Positions 10,377-20,913 of a DNA stretch of 64,000 nt are shown here, in pieces. The notes beneath the pieces are model-generated. The model was not told the origin of the DNA. It searched no databases and was given only the letters and a program-made list of their open reading frames with translations. Position numbers and translations under genes: made by a program. This stretch comes from an uncultured Pseudomonadota bacterium. GTDB taxonomy: Bacteria > Myxococcota_A > Polyangia > Fen-1088. Numbering within the stretch: position 1 is the first letter of the stretch; each line of letters begins with the position of its first letter. The DNA lies in NCBI GenBank assembly GCA_963774325.1, contig CAVZEF010000004.1:222958-286957 (forward strand), written 5' to 3'.

Positions 10377-11021
10377 TCAAGTCGCGCTCCGATAAATCTC
10401 GAGCTCTCCGCCCCGCCCAGGCTCGCACGTGAGCCACGACCGCGGCGGGAGAGGGAGGTGGACGCAGCAGACGCTGAGCTGCCTCGTGCGGGCGATGGGT
10501 TCGAGATCGTCGAGCACCTTCGCGAGGCGGGCGCCGCTGAACGGACAGTTGAAGAAGAACACCGAGCCGATGACCATGAAGGCCGCGATCGTCGCGGCGT
10601 CGCCTTCGATGCACGGTATGCGCGACAAGCCGAGTCGTGCCGAGAGGCCCTGGGCCGCGTGGACGAGCTCCGGTTGAATTTCGAGGCCGATCGCGCCGGC
10701 GCCCGTGAGCAGGTGCACGAGCGCGATCGCCCTCCCCGGCCCGGCGCCGACGTCGACGAACACGTCGGTCGATCGGACGGGCGCCTCGTCGACGATGCGC
10801 AGGAGGACCTCGACCGAGCACGGGAGATAGGGGACGCCGCCTGCCGGGAGCGCGGGACCGTCGCTGGGCAGGTCGTCGAGTCCGAGCACCAGATCGACCC
10901 AGGCGTCGCGCTCGCCCACGGGGACGCCCAGCAGGACAGCGCGGAACGCCGGCGGATCGTGGAGCCCGCGCTCGATCGATCGCCGCGCTGCCTGCGCCGA
11001 AGTCAGGTGTCGCGCTTCCAT
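10377..11021 (-). CDS. Class I SAM-dependent methyltransferase
   Basis: YLPCSV, VFVDVGAGPG motif I, GLEIQPEL, IEGDA, FFFNCPF; start uncertain. Confidence 0.8.
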   Translation of the reverse strand: MEARHLTSAQAARRSIERGLHDPPAFRAVLLGVPVGERDAWVDLVLGLDDLPSDGPALPAGGVPYLPCSVEVLLRIVDEAPVRSTDVFVDVGAGPGRAIALVHLLTGAGAIGLEIQPELVHAAQGLSARLGLSRIPCIEGDAATIAAFMVIGSVFFFNCPFSGARLAKVLDDLEPIARTRQLSVCCVHLPLPPRSWLTCEPGRGGELEIYRSAT

Positions 11022-11043
11022 GGCAGCCAACTTCTCGAAGGAT

Positions 11044-11433
11044 TCAATCCGCCGGCGCGTACTGTGCGATCCCGCCGCCGAAAGACCAGTCGATGGGCTC
11101 GTTCTCACTCAGGACCACCATCACGTCCTCGGCGCGCGTTCCGGTCGCGGCGTTCACATTGTCAGCGATGGCGCGGTAAAGGGCGCGCTTCTTCTCCGGT
11201 GCCCGCCCGCGGCGAAGCGTGATGTGCACCGCCAGGAAGCTCGGCGTGCGTGCGACGTCCAGGTAGCCGGGATCGAAGATGAGATCCTCCGGGCCGTGGG
11301 CCGTGATGATGTGAAACCGATCGGCGGGCGGGATGCCGATGGCGTCGACCAACGCCTTGTGGACCGCGTCGGAGACGTTGCGGCGGTAGCCAGCGTCACA
11401 ATGGGCGGGAACAGCAATCCGGACGAGAGGCAT
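11044..11433 (-). CDS. Tautomerase family protein
   Basis: N-terminal MPLVRI (catalytic Pro), GRAPEKKRALY, DWSFGGG. Confidence 0.9.
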   Translation of the reverse strand: MPLVRIAVPAHCDAGYRRNVSDAVHKALVDAIGIPPADRFHIITAHGPEDLIFDPGYLDVARTPSFLAVHITLRRGRAPEKKRALYRAIADNVNAATGTRAEDVMVVLSENEPIDWSFGGGIAQYAPAD

Positions 11434-11512
11434 GCGGCGACTCCTTTCGGCGAGGTGGAGACGCGGCCGATTCTAGCTCTGGCAGGCTGCGACGGCGGCA
11501 CGATAGTGCGCG

Positions 11513-12040
11513 CTATGGGACGTCGGGCGGGTTCGGAGGGTGGTTCAGCAAGTGGTGCACGACGTCACCGGTGAAATAACTGTCGGGATACTTCGAGAGC
11601 ATGATCCGGGCTTCGGCCTCGGCGTCCTCGAGCCGCCGCAGATTGAACAGGGCCTTGACGACGTTCCATTCGAATTCAGGAGCGTTCGGGCTGTCGGGAA
11701 ATCGCTTGACTGCCTCTCTTGCTATTTTGAGCGACAGATCCGGGTTCGACGCCGCCAGCTCATGAAGCTGCGCAAGCATCGATTCATCATCCGGCGGCTT
11801 GCGGGCGTCCGGTTCCGCCCGCGCAGCGGGTCGTGCCACTACGGGGGCGGGTGGGCGAAGCGCGACCTTCCGGTTGCCCAGCGTGGGCTCTGACGAGGCC
11901 GGCGTGGTGAGCGCGTCAGGCTCATCGGGTGGAGCTGAAACCGGCTGCTTGTGTTTCTTGAAGGCGAGGACGACCAGGAGCCCGATCACGCCGACGCAGG
12001 CGGCGGATATCGCGAACGTCACGGGTCTGGGCATCGCCAA
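11513..12040 (-). CDS. Membrane-anchored hypothetical protein with TPR-like C-terminus
   Basis: N-terminal TM, Pro-rich linker, helical repeats with RFPDS/KYPDS. Confidence 0.65.
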   Translation of the reverse strand: MAMPRPVTFAISAACVGVIGLLVVLAFKKHKQPVSAPPDEPDALTTPASSEPTLGNRKVALRPPAPVVARPAARAEPDARKPPDDESMLAQLHELAASNPDLSLKIAREAVKRFPDSPNAPEFEWNVVKALFNLRRLEDAEAEARIMLSKYPDSYFTGDVVHHLLNHPPNPPDVP

Positions 12041-12056
12041 TCGTGCGCGCCTGATC

Positions 12057-13421
12057 CTACTTGAGGCTCGGGATTTCGTCGCGCGTGACGGTGTACGAGC
12101 TCGCGTAGGCCGCTTGCATGCTGGCCACCGTGTTGAACGTAAAGCCGCTGATCACGGTATTTTCATAGGTGGCCCAGACATTCCACATGATCCAGGGCGT
12201 CGCGCCGCCCGGGAAAATAGAGCTCGGCTGCAACGCCGACCCGGTTTCGTGCAGGGCGATCGGCATGGTGCTGCCGAAGATGCTGGCGGCGGGGCTGTAA
12301 TTCCCCGATGCGGTGAAGGTCAGCAAGTCGGCTGGATGCGAGTATTCATCCGGTCCCCCGACGTCCACGTACGCCTTGCCTGGATAGTAAGCGGCGTTGG
12401 GACTGCCGCTGAATGGCATGAGCCAGACGATATTGGTGAGACCCTTGGTGCTGGTCAGATAGTTGAACGTGTACTTCCACAGGTTGACGAATTGAGGCCC
12501 GGTGGAGTTCTCGGCCCACCAGAACCACCCGTTCGGCTGGGTCTCATGAAAGATCGCCAATATCACCGGCACGTTGGCCGCTTTCATCGCACTGATCTGA
12601 ACCGCCACGTAGTCGAGCTTGGCATTGAGCGACGTGTTCTCTGGCGTGCCCGGCGTGATCACGCTGGTGAAGAAAGCGGCGCTGGGGTGAGTTGTCGGCT
12701 CGGCGCAGTTGGCGCCCGAGAAGCAGTCGTTTGCGCAGGTGAGACCGGACCCCGGCAGGCCCATGTGGTACCGGAACATGGTGATCCCGCCCGCGTTCCA
12801 GTAGGCGATCGCACGCGTCGTGGAAGCGCTCACGGTCGTGCACGACGAGCTGCTGCGGTACAGAAAATCGCTCCCCAGAATCGCCGGGGACTTGAGGCCG
12901 TTGTTGGCATACCAAGCAATGTCGGTGGGGTTGGCGTTCCAGTTCGCTTCCTGTTGGCCCGAAAGGATGTGGTTGCCTTTGATTCTGTAAAGGTAGCAAA
13001 GCAGGTTTTGCGCTTGCGGGGTCGCGTTCGGGCTCACCGGAGATACGCCGCACGTCGTGCCACTGCTTCCACCGGTGCCGGGCGAACCAGCGGCGCCACC
13101 CGTGCCCGACGCACCACCCACGCCCGTTGCCCCCGCCGCGCCCGTCGCTCCGCCCGTCGCACGACCTCGGCCCCCGGTGCCCGTGACACCACCGTCCGTG
13201 CCCGGTATACCGCCGGAACCGGTCGTTCCGCCGCTTCCGGTCGTGCCGCCAGAGCTCGTCGCTCCACCCGAACCCGTCGTCCCGCCGCCGCCAACGCTGC
13301 CTCCACTGCCGCTGGTCGGGGCACCGCCCGATCCGCCGGCGTCGTTTTCCGTCGACTCCGGCACTCCACAGGCACTGGCCACGAAGATGAGAACCAGGGG
13401 AATCAGGGGGCGTACTGTCAT
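12057..13421 (-). CDS. GH26 beta-mannanase-like lipoprotein with Gly/Thr linker
   Basis: FVASA-C lipobox, long GGTT linker, ILSGQQ, IFHETQPNGWFWW (acid/base Glu), YYPGKAYVDVGG, ALHETG (nucleophile). Confidence 0.85.
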   Translation of the reverse strand: MTVRPLIPLVLIFVASACGVPESTENDAGGSGGAPTSGSGGSVGGGGTTGSGGATSSGGTTGSGGTTGSGGIPGTDGGVTGTGGRGRATGGATGAAGATGVGGASGTGGAAGSPGTGGSSGTTCGVSPVSPNATPQAQNLLCYLYRIKGNHILSGQQEANWNANPTDIAWYANNGLKSPAILGSDFLYRSSSSCTTVSASTTRAIAYWNAGGITMFRYHMGLPGSGLTCANDCFSGANCAEPTTHPSAAFFTSVITPGTPENTSLNAKLDYVAVQISAMKAANVPVILAIFHETQPNGWFWWAENSTGPQFVNLWKYTFNYLTSTKGLTNIVWLMPFSGSPNAAYYPGKAYVDVGGPDEYSHPADLLTFTASGNYSPAASIFGSTMPIALHETGSALQPSSIFPGGATPWIMWNVWATYENTVISGFTFNTVASMQAAYASSYTVTRDEIPSLK

Positions 13422-13664
13422 GCGTGTTCTCCTTCGGGAGCGAAAGCGCGTCGTTGACTGACCTGGCGCGCCACGACAGCGCCCGGCAAGTCAGAAAAGG
13501 GCGCCGCCTGGCGGTGACCTTCAAAAGAGAAACGCCGATGTTCGCCTTTTGTGGTTTTACGACGCTGCCGTCTCATCCGTGGGTCACCGCCGGCACGAAT
13601 ACTTTGAAGGTTTCGCCCCTTCCGCGACCTATTACGGGCGCCCTCTTTGGGCCGGTGCATATCC

Positions 13665-14993
13665 ATGAAAACGATCTGGCGAATCCTCCCGGCACTTCTC
13701 CTCGTCGCGTCGGCCGGTTGCGACGACGGGAGCTCCGCGCCGCAGACCAATGCCGGCGACGCTTCGATGGAGCCCGGTGACGGCAGCTCCGGGGGCAGCG
13801 CGGGACAGCAAGCCGGAGGAGCGACCGGTGCCGGCGGCGTCGCCGGCGCCGGCATGGGCGGGATGACGAGCACCGGCACCGGCGGGATGACGAGCGGGGG
13901 CGCGGGCGGAATGACGGCCGCCGGCGGCGCGGGTGGCCGCGGCGGCGCGGCAGGAGCCGATGCGGGGATGGGAGGAGTCCCGGGTTCAGGAGGCGCCGGT
14001 GTCGGCGGCATGGGCTCGCCCTCCGTGCGCGTCGTGGGGAGAACCGTAGTGGGTCCGGGGATCGGGTCGCTCCAGTACGCGTGGCCGGGAGTGAACATTC
14101 ACGCCAGCTTCACGGGGACGCAGGCGTCCATGATGGTCAACAACGCCAGCGGCAACAACCGTGTGACCGTCGTCGTCGACGGCGGCGCACCGAAGACTCT
14201 CGCCCTGGTGTCCGGCCAATCGACGATCTCACTGGCGTCGGGGCTGGCCAGCGGAATGCACGAGCTCCTCATTTGGCGAAACACGGAGGCGTCGCCCGGC
14301 GACCTCACGACTTTCAGCGGCCTGACGGGCTTCGGCGCCGCGGGAGGTCTTCTGGCGCCGCCGGCCGCCCCGACGAGGCGCATCGAGATGGTGGGCGACT
14401 CGCTCTCGGTCGGCGCGGGCGTCGAGGGCGACGCGACCTGCACGGGCGGTATCGACGCCTACACCAACAACTATCTCGCCTATGGCTCGGTGGCCGCGCG
14501 GGCGCTCTCCGCAGATGTGGTCACCATTGCGTATTCGGGGATCGGCGTGTATCGCAACTTCGGCGAGACGATCCCGACGGCTGCTTCGTTGACCATGCCG
14601 AGGCGGTATCCATACGCCATCCCCGACACCGTGCTCTGGGACTTTTCGCTCTATCAGCCGCACGTGGTGGTCATCAACCTGGGGACGAATGACTTCGGAC
14701 CGGGCGATCCCGGCACCCCGTTCGAGACCGCCTACGTCTCTTTCGTGCAGAGCATCCGCGTCAAGTACGCGGGCGCTTACTTCATTCTGATCGACATGTA
14801 CGGGGGCATGCGTCTGACGCGACTCAACGACATTCTCACCACGCTGAAGAACGGCGGCGAGTCGAAGGTCGAGGTGCTGAGCCTCAATGCCGTGCAAAAC
14901 AATCTGGGCTGCAACCAGCACCCCAACGTCGCTGGCCAGCAAGGCATGGGGAACACTCTGGCCGCGCGCATCCGCGTGGTGATGGGCTGGTAG
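13665..14993 (+). CDS. CE2-like SGNH acetyl esterase lipoprotein
   Basis: ASAG-C lipobox, Gly linker, WPGV..F.GT jelly-roll, RRIEMVGDSL, INLGTND, CNQHP. Confidence 0.85.
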   Translation: MKTIWRILPALLLVASAGCDDGSSAPQTNAGDASMEPGDGSSGGSAGQQAGGATGAGGVAGAGMGGMTSTGTGGMTSGGAGGMTAAGGAGGRGGAAGADAGMGGVPGSGGAGVGGMGSPSVRVVGRTVVGPGIGSLQYAWPGVNIHASFTGTQASMMVNNASGNNRVTVVVDGGAPKTLALVSGQSTISLASGLASGMHELLIWRNTEASPGDLTTFSGLTGFGAAGGLLAPPAAPTRRIEMVGDSLSVGAGVEGDATCTGGIDAYTNNYLAYGSVAARALSADVVTIAYSGIGVYRNFGETIPTAASLTMPRRYPYAIPDTVLWDFSLYQPHVVVINLGTNDFGPGDPGTPFETAYVSFVQSIRVKYAGAYFILIDMYGGMRLTRLNDILTTLKNGGESKVEVLSLNAVQNNLGCNQHPNVAGQQGMGNTLAARIRVVMGW

Positions 14994-14995
14994 TC

Positions 14996-16045
14996 ATGCG
15001 TGGTCGTTTCGGCCTCTCCCAGGTTTTGATTTTGGGCGCGCTCGCTCTCGTAGCAGCCTGCGGAAGCAATCCGGGGCCAGGCAGCCCGGGAACCGGTGGC
15101 TCGGGCGCCGGTGGCTCGAGCGCTGGCGGTTCGGCCGCTGGCGGCTCGGCCGCTGGCGGCTCGGCCGGCGCCATGTCGAACGGCGGCACCATCGGAAGCG
15201 GCGGCGCCGCGGGATCGGGGGGAGCGGTCGGTGGAGGGATTGGCGGCAAGAGCGGCGAAAGCGCCAGCGGCGGACAATCGGGCGCTGGCGGTGTCACAGG
15301 GTCGGGCGGTGCCGCCGGAAAGGCCGGCACTGGCGGAGCCACCGGTGCTGGCGGGACCGCCCACACGGGGGCCTGGAACGTCATGATGCTGGGCGATTCG
15401 GTGACCGAGTCTACTTGCTACCCGCAGCTCACCTACCAGCAACTGAAGGCCGGGAATCACGCCAACTTCCAGTTGGTCGGGATGGAGACCACGAACCAGT
15501 CCTGCGGCGCCGGCGCTCCCGGCTCGGTCAAGGACGAGGGACACGCCGGCTACGGCGTGACGTACCTTCCCCAGAACAGCACCCGAAGCGCCTGCACAAA
15601 GAGCAGCGGATGCGGAAGCTATGCCGAGCTACAGAGCTGGGCTGCCGAGAAGCCTGACATCGTGCTCATGCACTACGGGACCAACGATGTCTGGGACGGC
15701 ATCGGGACCTCGACGATTCTGTCGGCATACGTGGCGGTGATTGCCGAGTTCCGCAAGCAGAACCCGAACGTCATCTTCTTCATCTCGAAGATCATCAAGC
15801 TGAGTCCGTCGGGCTGCACGGGCTGTCTCGCCAACGTGGCGGTGCTGGCCGCAGCGTTGACGCCGAGCTGGGCGTCGACCAACTCGACGGCCACGTCGCC
15901 GATCCGCATCATCGACCACTACGACAGCGCCTTCAATCCGACGAACAGCGCCGATACTGCCGACGGTGTTCACCCCACACCGGCTGGGGCCACCATCATG
16001 GCGACCGTCACCTTTGACGCGATCGCTGCCAGCGGATACTTCTGA
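14996..16045 (+). CDS. SGNH/GDSL hydrolase lipoprotein
   Basis: LVAA-C lipobox, linker, MLGDSVT, EGHAG, HYGTND, DGVHP. Confidence 0.85.
   Translation: MRGRFGLSQVLILGALALVAACGSNPGPGSPGTGGSGAGGSSAGGSAAGGSAAGGSAGAMSNGGTIGSGGAAGSGGAVGGGIGGKSGESASGGQSGAGGVTGSGGAAGKAGTGGATGAGGTAHTGAWNVMMLGDSVTESTCYPQLTYQQLKAGNHANFQLVGMETTNQSCGAGAPGSVKDEGHAGYGVTYLPQNSTRSACTKSSGCGSYAELQSWAAEKPDIVLMHYGTNDVWDGIGTSTILSAYVAVIAEFRKQNPNVIFFISKIIKLSPSGCTGCLANVAVLAAALTPSWASTNSTATSPIRIIDHYDSAFNPTNSADTADGVHPTPAGATIMATVTFDAIAASGYF
15121..15165 (+). repeat. 3 x 15-bp tandem repeat (CGCTGGCGGYTCGGC) encoding a GGSAA linker
   Basis: Read directly from the sequence. Confidence 0.85.
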
Positions 16046-16087
16046 GCGCGCTGGCCGTTCGGCTGGTGTCCGAGGACGCTGGGCGAA

Positions 16088-17689
16088 TCAGCCGAAGACG
16101 CCGGGCAGCGCGCCGGTGAACTGGTTGCTGTTGCCGAGCGAAGGCAGGGTCACACCGAAGACGGGCGCCAGCGCCAACCAGAAATCGTTGAACGGGCGAT
16201 TGCCCGTGCCGCCTGCCGAGCCGACGCCGGTCTGCATCGGTAGCGCCCCATTGGTCACCTTCAGGAACGTGCCGCCCTTGAGCCCGGTGTTCTTGCCGCC
16301 GAACACGAGCAGCGGCATGCCCATCTGGTTGTGGTCCCAGGCGCGCGCGACCTCCGTGAGATAAACCACGACGGTGTTGTCGAGCAGGGTGTTGCCGTCG
16401 ATGTCGGTGGTGGCGTCGAAGGCCTGCAACGCCGTCGCGGTCTGCTGCGAGTAGAAAAGGTTGATCTGGTTCAGCCAGTCGCGCGTCATGGTGTCGCCTG
16501 ACGGATCGCTGTGACTGGGCGGATGGTGCGGCGTCGATTGCAGATTGCCCTTGATGGTGGCGCCGTTGAAGGTACCGGGAAACACCACCCAGTTGGTTCC
16601 CGAGGACCACATGAACGTCGACACCCGCACCAGATCGCAAGCGAACGCCGCGCGAATCAACGACAGGTGGGCCTGGCCGAGCAACTGATGGGGGTGATTG
16701 TTGGGGTCGCTCGGCAAGTAGTAGTCGACGCCGCTCAGCTTGGTTCCGCCCGCCGGCGCGAGACCGCTGCTGGAGCCCGGGCCCGCGCCCGACTGCGTGA
16801 AGTAGGCCGGCGCCGCCGGCTTCATGCAACTCGAGCCGGTGGTTCCCGTACCGGTCCCGGTCCCGAGCGACGCGCGGATGCTCGCCTCCAGTTGCTGGAT
16901 CGCGGCGGCGTGGGTGTCCAGCTTGGGCTTCTCGCTGGCGGGAATCAGCGTCTGCATGCGCGCCAGGTCGCTGCGCATGAAATCCAGGATGCTCAGCCGG
17001 TTGGCCAGCAGCGCGGCGGTGTTGGTCCCGGTCGGCAAAGCGCCGCCGAAGATCCGGGTGAACGTGGTCAGCGGCTCGGTCTCCGCATACAGCGGCTGGC
17101 GCGCCAGGCTGATGTCCGGGTTCGCCGTCGGCGGCAGGTACGAGAGAACGCGCGGTGCGATCTCGTCGCGGTCCGACCGGATGTCGGCCGCCAGTTGCAG
17201 CGAGCCGAACATCGTCTGCTTGTTGGCCGGCGTCGCGGGGCCGCCCAGCGTCGGCGAGCGCGCGAGCAGGAGCTGGTCCATCGACGGTCCGCCGGCGCAG
17301 TGGTCTTGCTGGCCGATCTGCCCGAGAGTGGGGACACCGGACATGAGCGCGACCATGCCGCCTTCGTGGGTGTTCGGTCCCCCGCTGTTGCCCGCCGTCT
17401 TGGACGCGGTGACCAGGTTGAGGCCGTCAATCATCATCATCTTCGGCTTGAGGAGCGTGAACGGCGCGCTCTCGGCGGGCAAGGTGAACGACGTCGTGGT
17501 TGCGGTCGCGGCTGGACGCCAGGTGGAAAGGCCGGGCGCCGCGCCCAGCGGATGGTGAATCACCAGGAAGCGCAGCGGGGCCGAGATACCCTGCGCCCTC
17601 GCCTCGATGCTACGCAACAGCGGCAACAGCAGCGCCGCGGAGCCGCCGCAACTCTGCAAGAAGGATCGGCGCGCCATCTTGTAAGACAT
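16088..17689 (-). CDS. DUF1552-type protein with Tat-like signal
   Basis: MARRSFLQ twin-Arg signal, LRFLVIHHP, GGPSMDQLL, KLDTHAAAIQQLE, AAFACDLVRV, LLDNTVV, EVARAWDH. Confidence 0.8.
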   Translation of the reverse strand: MSYKMARRSFLQSCGGSAALLLPLLRSIEARAQGISAPLRFLVIHHPLGAAPGLSTWRPAATATTTSFTLPAESAPFTLLKPKMMMIDGLNLVTASKTAGNSGGPNTHEGGMVALMSGVPTLGQIGQQDHCAGGPSMDQLLLARSPTLGGPATPANKQTMFGSLQLAADIRSDRDEIAPRVLSYLPPTANPDISLARQPLYAETEPLTTFTRIFGGALPTGTNTAALLANRLSILDFMRSDLARMQTLIPASEKPKLDTHAAAIQQLEASIRASLGTGTGTGTTGSSCMKPAAPAYFTQSGAGPGSSSGLAPAGGTKLSGVDYYLPSDPNNHPHQLLGQAHLSLIRAAFACDLVRVSTFMWSSGTNWVVFPGTFNGATIKGNLQSTPHHPPSHSDPSGDTMTRDWLNQINLFYSQQTATALQAFDATTDIDGNTLLDNTVVVYLTEVARAWDHNQMGMPLLVFGGKNTGLKGGTFLKVTNGALPMQTGVGSAGGTGNRPFNDFWLALAPVFGVTLPSLGNSNQFTGALPGVFG

Positions 17690-19455
17690 CACAACGTACC
17701 TCCCGAGCGAGCACGAACGAATGGAGCCAGCGCAACGCGACTCAGCAGTGACGAGACTGTGCCGTCCGACTGGTCGAAGTCCGCGCGCAAGGCTTGCAGC
17801 TCGCAGGTGTTGGAGACGCGGATCATCGTGCCGATCGCGTAGCTGGACATCTTTTGAACTGCGCAGCCAGCCAGCACCTTGGTCGACTCCAGCCCCTGCG
17901 CCAGCTCCGGTGCGCCGTTCACGGTCATGGGCGCGAGGGGACCCACCTTGAACGTCACGGATGGCACGACGGGGCGTCCCACCTCGTCCACCGTGCGGTA
18001 GTTTCCGACGGGACCGAAGTTCTGCAGCACGCGCGAGTAGGGATCCATCTGGGAGTGGCACGCGGAGCAGACCACTGTCGGTGACATGCGTGCATCCGAT
18101 TTGGTGATCTCGCTGTCGCCCATGGCAATGACCGCCAGCGCGGTGGGCGTGGTCAAGTCAATGGGCGGCGGCAGCGGATCCTGGCAGACGACATCGTCGT
18201 GAATGAATTTTCCTCGCTTGACGATGGAGTTCGCGGCGGGGTCCGATGCCGCCCATAGAAAGGCCGGCTGGGTCAATATTCCGGCCCGAGTCTCGGCCGC
18301 GGGAAAGGTCGCCGCCGAGAATCCGGTGCCGGTGCCGGTGAACGGCAACCCGTACAGCGTCGCCAGCCGCCGGTTCACGAACATCTTCGGCGAGGTCACG
18401 AGGTCGGTGACCTTTCCTCCACTGGTGAACAGCACATCGGTGACGAACTGCTGCGCCGAGGTCAGCAGGTCCCCGACCAGGACCGTCTGGTCCTGATCGG
18501 CCGGCGCCAGCGCGGCGAGCAGCGTCGTGTCCTTGTTGGCCTTGTCGACCAGCTGCCCGACGTTGAACCAGTTGACGACGACGTCCGTCACGCTGGCTTT
18601 GGTCTCGGGAAGCGCCAGTAGCCGCGTGACCTCGGCCGCGATACCGTCGTCGGTCGCCAGACTGTTGGCCGCGGCCGCAGCCAATAGCGCGTCGTCGGGC
18701 GTCGAGTCGAGAAACAGGAACCCGAGCTGCGTCGCCACCTCGTACGACGTCAGCGTCGTATCGGGGAACCTTCCGCTGGCGTCGGCCACCAGCGTGCTCG
18801 GGCCGAGCTCGGTGCGGTAGATGAACGACGGGGAGAGGATCAACGCCTCGATCATCAGGCTGACGCCGGTGTTGAAGTCTTGCGTGGCGCCCTGGGTGTA
18901 GACCTTCATGAGGTTGGTCACCTCGGCGGCCTCCAGCGGTCGCCGAAAGACCTTGGCGCCGAACCGCTGCGCAAAGCGTGTGGCGCAGGCCGCCGGCGCC
19001 TCTCCGCTGCTGCAAGCCGCGATGGCCGTCAATCGCGGCCCAATCTGGGCCATCACGTTCTCAGCGGTCTGGTAGAGACCACCGAACAGGTACCCGGGCT
19101 GGACGGTCAGGTCGGCGCCGTTGATGAACGCGTAGGCTGACGAGCCGTCGGTGGTCGTCTCGCTGAGCGTCGGCGCAGCGCTCAGGCCCAGCAAATCACG
19201 CGTGGCATTGGCATACTGTTGCGACGATAGACGCCAGATGCGCCGCGGGATGGCCGGCAGCGCCGTGCAGGGCGCGGTACCGCTGCCGCCGCCGACCGAA
19301 CCGGCTCCCGTCCCGTTGCCGGTGCCACTCCCACCGTTGTCGCCGCCGGCAGCCCTGCCCACCATGTCCTGACTCACGGCACCAACGCACCCCGCGGCAA
19401 ATGAGAGCATTGCCGGCATTGCCACCAGGAGCCAAACGACACGACGTGGTTTCAT
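17689..19455 (-). CDS. DUF1592/DUF1588-type lipoprotein with one CxxCH haem motif
   Basis: FAAG-C lipobox, RRIWRLSSQQYAN, FRRPL, SPSFIYRTE, YEVATQLGFLF, RAGILTQ, IVKRG, CSACH, DPYSRVLQNF. Confidence 0.8.
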   Translation of the reverse strand: MKPRRVVWLLVAMPAMLSFAAGCVGAVSQDMVGRAAGGDNGGSGTGNGTGAGSVGGGSGTAPCTALPAIPRRIWRLSSQQYANATRDLLGLSAAPTLSETTTDGSSAYAFINGADLTVQPGYLFGGLYQTAENVMAQIGPRLTAIAACSSGEAPAACATRFAQRFGAKVFRRPLEAAEVTNLMKVYTQGATQDFNTGVSLMIEALILSPSFIYRTELGPSTLVADASGRFPDTTLTSYEVATQLGFLFLDSTPDDALLAAAAANSLATDDGIAAEVTRLLALPETKASVTDVVVNWFNVGQLVDKANKDTTLLAALAPADQDQTVLVGDLLTSAQQFVTDVLFTSGGKVTDLVTSPKMFVNRRLATLYGLPFTGTGTGFSAATFPAAETRAGILTQPAFLWAASDPAANSIVKRGKFIHDDVVCQDPLPPPIDLTTPTALAVIAMGDSEITKSDARMSPTVVCSACHSQMDPYSRVLQNFGPVGNYRTVDEVGRPVVPSVTFKVGPLAPMTVNGAPELAQGLESTKVLAGCAVQKMSSYAIGTMIRVSNTCELQALRADFDQSDGTVSSLLSRVALAPFVRARSGGTL

Positions 19456-19574
19456 GGCGAGTGAATCGACTATGCTCGCGCCAGCGCCAGATCCAAGGAG
19501 GGAACCAACTGATGTTTGTAGGATTCCAACATCCGCGTTGATTGCGTTACGCAACAACGCGCCAGGAGCGGCGT

Positions 19575-20891
19575 TCACCACGTTGCCGTGATGCCGGCGC
19601 TGGCGAAGTTGACGTTCTGCTTCTCGCCCAGGTACCAGACGAATTGGCCGCGGAAGAAGTCCAGGCTGAAATGAAGGTGGTCGCTGTGATGAAACACCAG
19701 TGCCGCCGACAGGCCGACCTGGTTCTTCACCAGGCTGGAGGTCGCGTCCGCGCGCTCCGAGTCGAGCAGGAATACACGGGAGATCCCGGCACCAACGTTG
19801 ACATCGAATCGCCCGACCAGGACCTGGGCCAGCGCCGAATAGCCGTCGAACGTTCGCAAGTTGAAGTTCTGATCGAACGTCGTGTTCGTGTCTTCGAGCG
19901 CGTAGCTCAAACCGAGGCCGCGCCCGTAGTGACCGGCGAGGCCCAGGTGGAAACGCCCCAGCTCGAGGCGGCCGCCGTAGCCGACGCCAGCCATGGTCGC
20001 GGTGCGCGTATCGGCGGGGCGGTACAGGCGTTGCGCCCCGCCGTTGACGAACAGGTGCAGCTTCAAAGAACCAGAGGAGTGGTCGAACGTCAGCTCCGAC
20101 TCCGGTCTGAAATCGCGAGTCGCCTCCCAGGCGCCGGCGATGGTCACCGGGTCGTACACGCCCACCGAGAGCCGCAGGCCCCCGATCTGCGGGGTGGCGT
20201 ACACCACTCCCGGCGAGAAAAAAGCGGCCAGAACGCCGAAACCAATCATTCCGCGGGTGGGGCCCGTGTTGTTGATGTTCCCGGGGAAGCCCAGCGAGAA
20301 TCCGTGTCCGTAGAGGAAGTCGTTTTCGGTCGCGCCGCGCGAAAAGAGATCCAGCGCACGACCGACGAGGAGGCTGCCCCAGCGACCGTCGAGCTGCAGG
20401 TATCCCTCGCGCGCGTCGGGGTAGACCGGCGTGGTCTTTCGCTGTGCGAGCTCCTCGATCGTGGTCCACAGGCTCAGGTGAACCAGGAGTCGCGTGTCTT
20501 CGCTGATCTGCGACCGAAGGCCGATGGCGAATACGTTCGGCACGAAACCGCTGCGCACGCGCATGCTGCGGAACGTCCCCTGTGCGCCCGCGATCGGCAT
20601 GCCGTCCGGTCCCAGCGACGGAATGCTGTCGCTGCCGACGTCCAGCCCGCCGCCGGGGCGGATGGTTTCGTTCGGTCCGTTGATCGGTTGCGGGTATCCG
20701 TCACCCCAACCATAGCTGAGGAAGCCGTTGACCCGGCCGCTGGTGTAGATCTCCCAGTCCTGGGTCTTCAGCAGGACCACCTCCGCGGAGGCGACGGCGC
20801 CGTATGAGACGATCGCGACCAGCGTGACGACGGCAACCAGGAGGCGGGGCACGCAGACCTCGGGCCTCCGAAACCAGCTGTTTCGGTTCAT
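19575..20891 (-). CDS. Outer-membrane porin (beta-barrel)
   Basis: Signal peptide, IYTSGRVNGF, RSGFVPNVF, REGYLQLDGRWGSLLVGR, alternating strands, C-terminal W. Confidence 0.8.
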   Translation of the reverse strand: MNRNSWFRRPEVCVPRLLVAVVTLVAIVSYGAVASAEVVLLKTQDWEIYTSGRVNGFLSYGWGDGYPQPINGPNETIRPGGGLDVGSDSIPSLGPDGMPIAGAQGTFRSMRVRSGFVPNVFAIGLRSQISEDTRLLVHLSLWTTIEELAQRKTTPVYPDAREGYLQLDGRWGSLLVGRALDLFSRGATENDFLYGHGFSLGFPGNINNTGPTRGMIGFGVLAAFFSPGVVYATPQIGGLRLSVGVYDPVTIAGAWEATRDFRPESELTFDHSSGSLKLHLFVNGGAQRLYRPADTRTATMAGVGYGGRLELGRFHLGLAGHYGRGLGLSYALEDTNTTFDQNFNLRTFDGYSALAQVLVGRFDVNVGAGISRVFLLDSERADATSSLVKNQVGLSAALVFHHSDHLHFSLDFFRGQFVWYLGEKQNVNFASAGITATW

Positions 20892-20913
20892 GTGTTACCA
20901 ATTGCAGTCGCGC

